Under the pieces are notes generated by a model, which had not been told where the DNA came from, searched no databases, and saw nothing but the letters and a program-made list of their open reading frames with translations. A DNA stretch of 16,095 nt, taken from contig CAXGWI010000079.1 of NCBI GenBank assembly GCA_964013405.1, positions 1-16,095 on the forward strand, given 5' to 3'. Shown here in pieces: positions 7,502 to 15,696 of the stretch. The position numbers and the translations under genes are program-made. Within the stretch, counting starts at the first letter, position 1. Every line of letters starts with the position of its first letter. Origin of the DNA: an uncultured Myxococcales bacterium (GTDB lineage Bacteria; Myxococcota; UBA4151).

Positions 7502-8162
7502 GCTGCTGCCCAGTCCACGTGGCGGGGCGACCTTGCCCCGGTGCGACCAATTCAAGGACACGGTCACTGAGCCGCTGAGCTTCGACCCGGTCGTGGGTCA
7601 CCATCAGCGCCGCGGCCCCCTCCAATTGGATTTGCTCCCGAAACCAAGCCCCGAGTTCGGAGCGCAGCTCCGTGTCCAAGTTGGCAAAGGGCTCATCGAG
7701 CAGCAGGAGCCGAGGCTTCGGCGCCAGGGCCCGGGCGAAGCCAACCCGCTGCTGCTGCCCGCCGCTGAGTTGGGCTGGAAGTCGATCTGCGAGGGGTGCA
7801 AGCCCCAAGCGCTCGAGCAGGGTCTCAGTACGCGCCTGGGCTTCAGCTTGGCCTTTCAGACCAAAGGCGACGTTCTGGGCCACCGTCATGTGACTAAAGA
7901 GGGCAAAGTCCTGAAAGACCATACCGACCCGGCGCCGCTGGGGTGGCAGGCCGCTCACGTTGTGGCCAGAAAGGTGGATCTCCCCCTCGAGGGGTTCCAA
8001 GAAGCCGGCGATGGCCCGCAGAAGACTGGACTTCCCCACACCGCTCGCCCCCACAACGGCAACGATCTCCCCCTCGGCCAGTTGCAAGGAGAGACCACCG
8101 GCGACCGCTTCGCCGTCGTAGCCAATCGCCAGTTTCTTCAACTCAAGGACCGCTTCAATCAT
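7494..8162 (-). CDS. fbpC: ABC transporter ATP-binding subunit (FbpC/PotA-like, short form)
   Basis: Walker A GASGVGKS, Q-loop VFQDFALF, signature LSGGQQQR, Walker B LLLLDEPF, H-loop VTHD. ATG 8162 follows GGAG and overlaps the permease stop. The symbol is family-level. Confidence 0.88.
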   Translation of the reverse strand: MIEAVLELKKLAIGYDGEAVAGGLSLQLAEGEIVAVVGASGVGKSSLLRAIAGFLEPLEGEIHLSGHNVSGLPPQRRRVGMVFQDFALFSHMTVAQNVAFGLKGQAEAQARTETLLERLGLAPLADRLPAQLSGGQQQRVGFARALAPKPRLLLLDEPFANLDTELRSELGAWFREQIQLEGAAALMVTHDRVEAQRLSDRVLELVAPGQGRPATWTGQQLS

Positions 8163-9891
8163 GGTCACTCCATCGCCTAAGCAGGCTTTGAGCCACAAGC
8201 ACCATCGCCAAAAGCAACAGAGCACTGACACCTAATTCAGCAAAGTGTGCGTCTTCGTGACCGTCATAAATAATGGTCGCCAGGGAATGGTGTCCGGCCG
8301 GCAACAGCATCAGTGTAATCGGCAATTCTTTGATGGCAGCGATAAAGGCCAGCAAAAACCCAGCGGCCGCTGCCGGGGCTAAGGTGGGCATTCGAATCTC
8401 GAAGAAAATCCGAGCGTTGGAAGCCCCGAGCGTTTGAGCCGCCTCCAAAGGTCGAGGGTCTTCCCGTAAAAATGCAGATTTCATCAGGCCGTATGGATGG
8501 GCAAGAAAGCGGAGTCCGAGCCCCAAAATCAGCAGCAGGAACAAGCCCTCCAAAACCTGAGCGATGCCATGGGGGAGGACTTGGACCAACTGGAGGAAGC
8601 CATAGGCCGTCAGCACACCGGGGAGCCCACTGACTCCGTACGCGATGAACTCAGTCCATGAACCCCCACCCCCTCTTTGGGCCGTCCAGCGGGCCGGAAT
8701 TCCGCCCAGAAGCAGAGCGATGCAACCGGCACCGAGTCCCAGGCCTGCAGTGGTGAGTGCGGCTGCACCCATGGGCATGATGAGAAAGGCTAGAGCCATC
8801 GGCACAACGACAAAGGCCACAGCCATCAACACGAACACAAAGGTCACAGCCACGAGCACAGCCACAGGCATGAGCGCAAACGAGACAGGAATGGGCATGA
8901 GCAACATGACCACTGCAAGGGGAAGAAAGCTCAGAAGGCGATAGCTAAGTCCAACCCACGCCGCCATAGGAGTCCCGAAGGCTCCTTCGAGGCCCCACTG
9001 GGCGATGACCACGAGGGGCAGGACCAGGGCTGCCCCCAGATACACGGCTTGCAAGGCGTAGACCCCAACGAGATGAATCGGCTTTGGACGGAGTCGACCA
9101 ACGCTTCGCAGGCCCGCCCGCCCGAGGGCTTCACTGCCCCTTTGGCCCTGCACCCAACGCCCAAGAGCGACCAAGGGCAAGACGGCTGCGACCATCACGA
9201 GCCCCAGGGCTGCGGGGTTGGGGCCCCCATACTTGGCGGCCTGGAACAGCTCCCAGGTCAGCACCCGGGTATTTAGCACCGCGACCGCGCCAAAGTCAGC
9301 CACGGCGTAGAGCAGGACCAGCAGGGCGCCAAAGGCGATGGCTGGCCGGAGTGCCGGCCACTGAACCTCACTCAAAAGGCGCCAGGGCCCCGCACCAAGG
9401 CTGCGGGCAGCCTCTTCCTGATCCCTAGCGAGGGCAGAGATAGCCGAGGACAGGGTGAGCTGAACATAGGGCGCACAGGCAAGGCCAAGCACAAAGACAC
9501 TGGCCCAGAAGCCCTCAAAGCGACCACTCAGGCCTAAGGGTTCTCCCAGGTGCCCTTTCGGAGCCAGCGCCTCCCGTATGGTAATGGCGAGAAGAAAGCT
9601 GGGCAAGACCAGTGGGAGCACAGTGAGGCGGGCGAGTAAGATCTGTCCCGGGTAATGCCAACGAGCTTGCACCCAGGCGAAGGGCGCACCGAAGAGAAAG
9701 GCGACGCCGCACACACAAAGGGCCAAACACAAGCTTCGCAGAAGCGTCCACCAAACGGATGGCCATGACAGGGGCACCGAGACCAAGCCGGGAGGCCCCC
9801 AGAACGCGAGCAAGGTGCCGACCAGAGGCAAGATCCCCAGGCCCAGACAGAGCCAGGTGGCCCAGCGGACCCAAGGAGCGGGCCGGTGCAC
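8155..9891 (-). CDS. fbpB: Iron(III) ABC transporter permease (FbpB/FutB-like, two BPD_transp_1 halves) with an extra hydrophobic insert
   Basis: Two EAA motifs (EEAARSLGA, LEAAQTLGA), plus VLPLVLPSF, ADFGAVAVL and IKELPITLML. The GTG start overlaps the TAG of the binding-protein gene. The symbol is family-level. Confidence 0.88.
   Translation of the reverse strand: MHRPAPWVRWATWLCLGLGILPLVGTLLAFWGPPGLVSVPLSWPSVWWTLLRSLCLALCVCGVAFLFGAPFAWVQARWHYPGQILLARLTVLPLVLPSFLLAITIREALAPKGHLGEPLGLSGRFEGFWASVFVLGLACAPYVQLTLSSAISALARDQEEAARSLGAGPWRLLSEVQWPALRPAIAFGALLVLLYAVADFGAVAVLNTRVLTWELFQAAKYGGPNPAALGLVMVAAVLPLVALGRWVQGQRGSEALGRAGLRSVGRLRPKPIHLVGVYALQAVYLGAALVLPLVVIAQWGLEGAFGTPMAAWVGLSYRLLSFLPLAVVMLLMPIPVSFALMPVAVLVAVTFVFVLMAVAFVVVPMALAFLIMPMGAAALTTAGLGLGAGCIALLLGGIPARWTAQRGGGGSWTEFIAYGVSGLPGVLTAYGFLQLVQVLPHGIAQVLEGLFLLLILGLGLRFLAHPYGLMKSAFLREDPRPLEAAQTLGASNARIFFEIRMPTLAPAAAAGFLLAFIAAIKELPITLMLLPAGHHSLATIIYDGHEDAHFAELGVSALLLLAMVLVAQSLLRRWSDHD
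8776..8856. repeat. Degenerate 27-bp tandem repeat (3 copies) inside the permease gene
   Basis: catgatgagaaaggctagagccatcgg / cacaacgacaaaggccacagccatcaa / cacgaacacaaaggtcacagccacgag, sharing a core aaagg(c/t)nanagcca. Confidence 0.65.
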
Positions 9892-10928
9892 TAGTCGATC
9901 CCCAACTCCCGCAGCAGAGTGAGACTGGCAGCCACATCATTGAGTGCCGCTTGCGTGTTTTGCGCCACCCCTTCGGGCGGTTTCACGTCGGGGTGGAGCG
10001 CCACGCCCTCGACCACAGGATACTCATAGGCTTTCTGCGTAAAGTAGCTCTGTCCTTTGGGGCTCAATAGGAATGCGATCAACTTCTCCGCGTACTCCAC
10101 TTGGTCACTGGATTTCGGAATCCCAACCCCCGCGAGCATCATCACATTGCCCGCATCACCCCCTTGAAAACTGTGATTTGCCGCCTTCAAGCCTGGATTC
10201 GCCGCTTTGATCTTATGTAGGTAATAGTGATTCACCCAGCCCATATCGATCTCGCCTAAATCCACCGCCTTCACTTGGGGCGAATTCTTTGGATAGCGAG
10301 CAGGATTTTGCGCATTCATGGCCGTGAGCCATGTCTTGGTCTTCTCCACGCCCCACAGGCTCCGCAACGCGCTCACATGGGCTTGCATGCTGGCGTTACC
10401 CGGCGCCCAACCGATCCGCCCCTTGTACTGAGGCAGGACGAGATCCTCTAAGCGCTGCGGCAATTCTTCGGCTTTCACCCGTTCCGGGGAATAGACCAAC
10501 ACTCGCAGGCGACCGCTGGTCGCAACCCAATGCTTCTTGGGCCCCCGAGCCGTCTCAGGAACCTTGGCCAAAAGAGCGTCGGGTAAGGGTCGCAAGTGCC
10601 CCCGGTCACCAAGGGTTGTGAGGTAACCGACCGCCTGGGCAAAGAACAGATCGGCATCGCTGCGATCGCCCTCGGTCACCAAGCGGTTCGCCAGCGCTTC
10701 TGTGTTCTTGTTGAAACGTAGCTTCACTTCCACGCCCTCGGTGGCAGCCCATTCCTTCAGGAGCGGCTCCACGAGGATGGCGCTGCGCCCTGAATAGATA
10801 GTGAAGACAGGTTTTTCGACGGCGACTTCTGGGGCTTTCTTAACCCCTTTTTCTGCCGCCGATTCTTGCGGCTGACTGGAACAGGCAAGTCCTGAGCTCA
10901 GACAAAACAAGAGGGCGAATCGTTGCAT
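9891..10928 (-). CDS. fbpA: Iron(III) ABC transporter substrate-binding lipoprotein (FbpA/FutA/AfuA-like)
   Basis: AGGAGA RBS and lipobox GLAC. Motifs TIYSGR, EGDRSDADLFF, GRLRVLVY, KGRIGWAPGNAS, the iron-ligating tandem Tyr in VNHYY, and EYPV. The symbol is family-level. Confidence 0.9.
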   Translation of the reverse strand: MQRFALLFCLSSGLACSSQPQESAAEKGVKKAPEVAVEKPVFTIYSGRSAILVEPLLKEWAATEGVEVKLRFNKNTEALANRLVTEGDRSDADLFFAQAVGYLTTLGDRGHLRPLPDALLAKVPETARGPKKHWVATSGRLRVLVYSPERVKAEELPQRLEDLVLPQYKGRIGWAPGNASMQAHVSALRSLWGVEKTKTWLTAMNAQNPARYPKNSPQVKAVDLGEIDMGWVNHYYLHKIKAANPGLKAANHSFQGGDAGNVMMLAGVGIPKSSDQVEYAEKLIAFLLSPKGQSYFTQKAYEYPVVEGVALHPDVKPPEGVAQNTQAALNDVAASLTLLRELGID

Positions 10929-11108
10929 GGGCTATCTCCTCAAAACGGCACTGGTTCACCTGAACGGAAAGATCAAGAGCCACCGCTTGCCGGGGCGCCT
11001 TTTGACTCGATAGCCATGGGCCTGTGTCACGAATCTGCGAAAGGTCGCCTCTAGGCTACTAGTCTGCCGATCTGGAGTGTGCGATCGCTGAGCGTGGAGC
11101 CATGAAAA

Positions 11109-12575
11109 GTGATGATGACCGAGAACCCTTATGCCACCGCTTTAGACGGACTGATCCTCGCTGACCCCGTCGCCGCCTTCTTCGCCTTTTGTCGGGAGCG
11201 AGAAGCCGTGCGGATTCGTCGGGCATCCGGTGCACCGGCTCCCTGGTCCCAGGACGAAATCTTCCAAAGGGGTCGTTTCCTCAACGTGTTTCGGGAAGAT
11301 GACCGCGGCAGTCAGGCATTGCTGCGCTTTGCTAAGCCGGTGGCAAAAGACTTAGAGCGCTTAGTTCATGCCCTCTTCTTTGCTCGTTGGTGCAATCGCC
11401 AATCCACCCTGGACAGCCTCTCTGCTAATCTGCTGGAATCACCGGAGGCATTGATTCCAACTCTTGAGGCCTTGCCCGAGCCGCCATGGTGTAACTGGAC
11501 GGCCTACCCTGTGGAGCCGATCCGCTGGCAGGGGAAACTCTACAGTCGCTGGGACAGCGCCACCGACTTGTTTCGGCGCATCCGCCCGGAACTGACGGAC
11601 GTCATCTGCGCTGCCGGTGGCGATGTCATCAAGGCCACCGAGGCGGTCAACGGCTTGCTTCACATGGACAACGACTTTCCTATCTTTATGGCGGTTATGG
11701 ATCTGGCCTGGTTTCGCCCCGACATCATCGACCCTGCGAGTCCGGTACCCACCGGGATCGGCGCCGCTCCATTTCTGGACCGCCTCGAAAATGCCCTCGG
11801 CGCAAAGGATCACCAAGATACAGCGCAGCGGATGATCGAGCTGCAGCGGACTTTTTGGCCCGAAGCCAAACGCCCCTTTCAACCCATCGATATCGAATAC
11901 CTGGCCTGCGAATGCCGGAAGTATTACAGCTACGTGAACGGCACCAAAGCCTTCGAGGGTAAAAACCGATTTCAAGCGGGGCGCACGGCCCGGCTGAGTT
12001 TTGACCTGGACCTCCCGAGGCCTCAGGAACCTGAGATAACCACCCAGATCCACATCATTGCGGGGGGACCCTGTTCCGGTAAGACCACGCTTCTCAATGG
12101 GCTCGCTGAAGCCGGCTACCGGGTGGAGGTCGAAACTGCGGAACGGATGTTGAAGGAGGGCATTGCCGCTGGGCAGACAGCCCAGGAACTCCGGGCCGAC
12201 CCCCTGCAATGGCAGCAGGAGGTGATGCGCCAGGATTATGCCCTTTTTCATCGCTTACCGGTCGACGAGTTGGTCTTCGCTGACACCTCGTTCATCGAGA
12301 CCCTGGTCTTTGCCGAGCGAGCCGGGATGGAACTGGGCCCCAATCTGCGCCGTTGGCTGCGTCACAAGCGCTATCGGCGCGTCTTCTTTCTCGAGCCACT
12401 CCCGGCCTACGAAGAAAGCGCTGTCCGCATCGAATCCCAGGATCTTGCGAAGCAGATCAGTGCGCAGGTACGTGCCGCCTATGAGGCCTACGACTACGAA
12501 CTGATCCCCGTGCCAGCGGCACCCTTAGCCGAGCGCATCGCCTTCATCGAGTCGTGCCTGAAAGCGGACGGCTAG
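11109..12575 (+). CDS. Fusion of aGPT-Pplase1 / 5-hmdU DNA kinase helical domain (N-term) and AAA_28/NadR-type P-loop NTPase/kinase (C-term)
   Basis: The N-terminal FFAFCRERE..R..R..G..APWSQDEIF...RFLNVFREDDR.S and IDIEYLACECRKY match the aGPT-Pplase1 pattern as I recall it. The C-terminal IIAGGPCSGKTTLL..L...GY..E.E.A, VFADTS, Y..VFFLEP and Y.LI.VP....ERI.FI match AAA_28. GGAG lies upstream; the start could be 11109, 11112 or 11115. Confidence 0.75.
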   Translation: MMMTENPYATALDGLILADPVAAFFAFCREREAVRIRRASGAPAPWSQDEIFQRGRFLNVFREDDRGSQALLRFAKPVAKDLERLVHALFFARWCNRQSTLDSLSANLLESPEALIPTLEALPEPPWCNWTAYPVEPIRWQGKLYSRWDSATDLFRRIRPELTDVICAAGGDVIKATEAVNGLLHMDNDFPIFMAVMDLAWFRPDIIDPASPVPTGIGAAPFLDRLENALGAKDHQDTAQRMIELQRTFWPEAKRPFQPIDIEYLACECRKYYSYVNGTKAFEGKNRFQAGRTARLSFDLDLPRPQEPEITTQIHIIAGGPCSGKTTLLNGLAEAGYRVEVETAERMLKEGIAAGQTAQELRADPLQWQQEVMRQDYALFHRLPVDELVFADTSFIETLVFAERAGMELGPNLRRWLRHKRYRRVFFLEPLPAYEESAVRIESQDLAKQISAQVRAAYEAYDYELIPVPAAPLAERIAFIESCLKADG

Positions 12576-13213
12576 AAGGTGTAACCCATCCGGAAGTTCA
12601 TCACCGGCCAGATCAGACCAAGGATGGGACGGTCCTCGGCCAAACTCAGCCGGAGTCCGGCCTGAAACTCGGTGCAGACGCCCCCCGTCTTCGAAGAGGT
12701 CTTCCCGCCCATCAGTAGGCCGCCAACAACCCCGTAGAAGGGCTCGTCACGGCGGTTTGTCTTCATGCGCTCCAACTCGAGCTAGGCCGAGAGGTGGATG
12801 TTGCGGGTAAAACTGCCGATCAGATTGAGGCGCCCAAAGGCACCGATGTATTGGCGTTCGCCACCCAAATCCTCCACGCCGAGAATGTCGAACAACATAA
12901 ACCCGTCATCCTCCGGGTCGTTCCACGCATTCAAGCCGCCCAAAACCCCAAGGCTCAACGCGGCGTCGATCCGGCGCTCCACGGACACTTCCGCCCACGG
13001 ATGTGAGAACATTGCGCTAAACAGAAGGGTGCGGATCAAGCCGACAGTCACCGTGGTCTGGGGCCCCTCGGCTTTGACGGGCGCCGTCAGTTGGGCAGAA
13101 GGGCCATCATCGACACTGACGGGGGCCTCCGCAGGCCCAGCCGCCTGGGCCAACGCGCTGGGTCCAGCCAGCAGAACAAGGAGTAAGGGCATTGCCATCG
13201 AGCAGCGAGTCAT
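12572..13213 (-). pseudogene. Small outer-membrane beta-barrel protein gene interrupted by a single in-frame TAG (12782-12784)
   Basis: Track ORFs 12782..13369 and 12572..12775 are in the same frame and read through as ...NIHLSA*LELERMK.... ATG 13213 follows GGAG; signal peptide ending ALAQA; amphipathic strands; C-terminal beta-signal NFRMGYTF. Confidence 0.7.
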
Positions 13214-13256
13214 GGGGAGGCTCCAAGCCCTAGCTTCGAGGCTCCACCCAAATTTT

Positions 13257-14720
13257 TCAAGGGCGAGCAGGCCCCAGCCGCAGGGTGGCGGGCCCATCGT
13301 GCGCCCAACGCACAAAGAGCAGCCCAGCCACCTCGTCGTGGGTCCAGCGAGCGCCTTGGGCCTCGACACTCAGCCCCTCGGGAAAGAGTCGTGTGGGCAC
13401 GGCGATCTCCGTAATGCCCCCCGCCTTCGCCAGCAAATCCAGTTGGCCTTCCAGGGTGTCGGGATTCCAACGCCACCCGTTCAGGGCGCCAGCGACTGCA
13501 CTGGGATAGGCCCGCACCAGGGCCTCCACCTGCCCGAACTCGTGTCCACCAGGCCCGGTGATGCTCATCCCCTCTTCGTTCCAGTCGTCCTCGGTGGTGG
13601 AGTACTCCCAGAGTGTAGCGTGCATGCCACTTTCATCCATGGCCTCGTATTGGGCCCGCAAGTAGTCTGCAGCACCGGCGTTGTGTTGCTGAATCCCAAA
13701 TTCCCCGAGAAGTACCGGGAGATCCCAGGCTTCCCCCTTGCCAGCCCAGGCATGAATGCCGCTGACCGTATCCGAACTCCCCGGGACCCAGGTCTGGGTC
13801 ACGAAGACGCTGGGGGCGTAGTAATGGGGCGCAAAGAGCAACCCCTCCCGCTGGGGCCGAGTCATCGCAGTGCTGCCCTCCACCCCTTCGAGTCCTGTGG
13901 TGTCGAAGACGATGAGTGCGTCCGGTGCCACGGTGCGAATGGCGTCTGTCATGCGTTCATAAAAGGGGCTCAGCACTTCCGGGCCCCACTGGCTGGGGTC
14001 TGCGGTGCCGGGTCCAGGCTCGTTGATCACCTCGTAGCCGATGACACCCGGAATGCCCCAGGTCCGGGCAGCCATATGCTGCCACATGGCTTCGAAGGCC
14101 TCCATCAAACCGTCCTCGCCAGCCCAGAAACGATCAAAAGCGAGGCGAGAAGGGCCGCTGAAGTAACCCAAAAACCAATCATGACACTCCGAATGCTCCA
14201 CCGGTTCATAGGGATCGGGGGCCGCCCACAGTGGAAAGCCATCGCCGCAATAGGTGCGGGCAAAAACATCTTGGTGGAAGTCAACGATGGTTCGAATATT
14301 ACGCTCGCCTGCCGCCTCAAGAATACGAGCATAACGCTCTAGAAACACTGCATCATACTCACCCCTAACCGGTTCTAGAGCTTCCCAGGTAAAGGGGACA
14401 CGGAGCACATTCACCCCCCAGCTCTGGGCTTGGTCGAGATAGATCTCGAGGGCCTCTTCAAAAGGCGGCGCATCGGCCTGCAAGGGCGCATTCGATTCGG
14501 CGAAGGCAAAGGGATGAAAGGGCAAAAACTTACTGCGGCCGCCCGCGTTCACCCCGCGCAGCAGGACCTCCCGATCGAGGGCATCGAGGAGTGTCGGCCC
14601 CTGCTGTCGGAGTTGCTGGTGGGCTAACTCCGGTCCCTGGATGGGCGCCTGACAGCCCCAAAAGACGCCAGAGAAGAGTGCGGCATGAACCGCGAGGCTG
14701 GATGGTTTCGATAAGATCAT
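13257..14720 (-). CDS. Glycoside hydrolase family 5, endoglycoceramidase-like lipoprotein
   Basis: Motifs LLRGVN, RVPFTWEALEP.RGEYD, VDFHQD, GDGFPLWA, GYEVINEP (acid/base Glu), FAPHYY, LGEFG (nucleophile Glu) and ATLWEY, then LVRAYPSAVAG leading into a C-terminal beta-sandwich. Lipobox FWGC follows ATG 14720. Confidence 0.88.
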   Translation of the reverse strand: MILSKPSSLAVHAALFSGVFWGCQAPIQGPELAHQQLRQQGPTLLDALDREVLLRGVNAGGRSKFLPFHPFAFAESNAPLQADAPPFEEALEIYLDQAQSWGVNVLRVPFTWEALEPVRGEYDAVFLERYARILEAAGERNIRTIVDFHQDVFARTYCGDGFPLWAAPDPYEPVEHSECHDWFLGYFSGPSRLAFDRFWAGEDGLMEAFEAMWQHMAARTWGIPGVIGYEVINEPGPGTADPSQWGPEVLSPFYERMTDAIRTVAPDALIVFDTTGLEGVEGSTAMTRPQREGLLFAPHYYAPSVFVTQTWVPGSSDTVSGIHAWAGKGEAWDLPVLLGEFGIQQHNAGAADYLRAQYEAMDESGMHATLWEYSTTEDDWNEEGMSITGPGGHEFGQVEALVRAYPSAVAGALNGWRWNPDTLEGQLDLLAKAGGITEIAVPTRLFPEGLSVEAQGARWTHDEVAGLLFVRWAHDGPATLRLGPARP

Positions 14721-14788
14721 GGCGGAACTAAGGGCGTGAGCGCACAGCAACGCAAGCGGAATCGCCCATTTTTTAGCCTCGAGACCTC

Positions 14789-14805
14789 ATCGACTTGTAG
14801 TCGAT
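14789..14805. promoter_or_regulatory. Perfect 7-bp inverted repeat in a divergent intergenic region (candidate operator)
   Basis: ATCGACT-TGT-AGTCGAT between the divergent GH5 and Cys-rich lipoprotein starts. Confidence 0.3.
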
Positions 14806-14850
14806 TTAGGCCTCTTGCCCCCCTAGCGCCAGCGGGCCAGACTGTCGCCC

Positions 14851-15696
14851 ATGAAAAAGACACTCTTTCTCTGTTCCCTCGTCGCGCTCACCGCCTGCGG
14901 TGAGGGCGACTCCCCTGGACCTGCTGCGCCGCCCTCGGCGACCTGTGGTGATGGCACCGTGGATGAAGGGGAGGCCTGCGACGATGGCAACACCGATGTC
15001 ACCGATGCCTGTGCCGCCAATTGCCAGTTAGCCCGCTGCGGCGACGGCATCACCCGTCGGGATCTCAGCCTGGGTGCGGAGGGCTTTGAGGATTGCGACG
15101 ACGGCAACGAGGTGGATCACGATGGCTGCCGTGCAAATTGCGTAGGTGCTGTTTGTGGCGATGGCGTGGTGCGCTTGGACAAATCAGAAGGCGAGCCCGG
15201 CTACGAGTCCTGTGACGACGGCAACGACAACGATTTCGATCTCTGCACCGCCGCTTGCCAGCGCCCCCGTTGCGATGTGGATCGGGACTGTCCCCCCACC
15301 CTGTGGTGTCGAGATCAACGCTGCGGTGAGGAGCCCCCCGAGGCGCCGGAATGCAGCGACGATACGCCTTGCGAAGAGGGCTTTAGCTGCCGGGAGAGCC
15401 TGTGCATCCCCGACGACAGCGACGGCGATGGCATCGCCGATCTGCGGGACAACTGCCCCGGCTTTGCCAATGAAGACCAAGCCGACGGCGATCGAGATGG
15501 CGCCGGCGATGCCTGCGACCCCAACCCGGCCCGTCCCGACTACCGGGCCGGTGGACTGCGCCGCCGCCCACCCCAGGGCGGCGCCATGCAAGCGGCCGAT
15601 CAAGGCTACCGAATTCGTGGGCGTCTCCGCCCGCTGGACGGACGGGCCACGGCCAACGGCAGTCACCGTCTGAGAGGAGGTTTCCGTGCCCCATAA
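14851..15696 (+). CDS. Lipoprotein with Myxococcus cysteine-rich repeats (DUF4215-like) and thrombospondin type 3 Ca-binding repeats
   Basis: Lipobox LTAC; three CGDG...E.CDDGN....D.C...C units; two short C..D.(D/P)C.....C....C modules; TSP3 DSDGDGIADLRDNCP..ANEDQADGDRDGAGDACD; Arg/Gly-rich tail. Confidence 0.85.
   Translation: MKKTLFLCSLVALTACGEGDSPGPAAPPSATCGDGTVDEGEACDDGNTDVTDACAANCQLARCGDGITRRDLSLGAEGFEDCDDGNEVDHDGCRANCVGAVCGDGVVRLDKSEGEPGYESCDDGNDNDFDLCTAACQRPRCDVDRDCPPTLWCRDQRCGEEPPEAPECSDDTPCEEGFSCRESLCIPDDSDGDGIADLRDNCPGFANEDQADGDRDGAGDACDPNPARPDYRAGGLRRRPPQGGAMQAADQGYRIRGRLRPLDGRATANGSHRLRGGFRAP

Noticed and set aside
8794..9276. Independently expressed antisense His-rich protein
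   Set aside because: The frame is open but bounded upstream by TAG at 8791, with no start codon before the His tract. It is kept only as an evolutionary-origin finding.
10929..11108. Fur box or riboswitch upstream of the iron ABC operon
   Set aside because: I see no GATAAT-type AT-rich palindrome and no recognisable riboswitch consensus.
12782..12784. Amber recoding (pyrrolysine or alternative genetic code) as the explanation of the in-frame TAG
   Set aside because: TAG is a genuine terminator in several genes here (cobB, 4647, ATPase, FbpA-like, 12575), and no pyl genes are visible.
12798..14342. 514-aa plus-strand ORF
   Set aside because: Antisense shadow of the GH5 and barrel genes with no recognisable motifs. 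Long stop-free antisense frames are common in GC-rich DNA.
14941..15270. Repeated tgcgacgacggcaac-like DNA units as a CRISPR or non-coding repeat
   Set aside because: They are degenerate in-frame codons of the protein CGDG/CDDGN repeats, not identical repeats with unique spacers.
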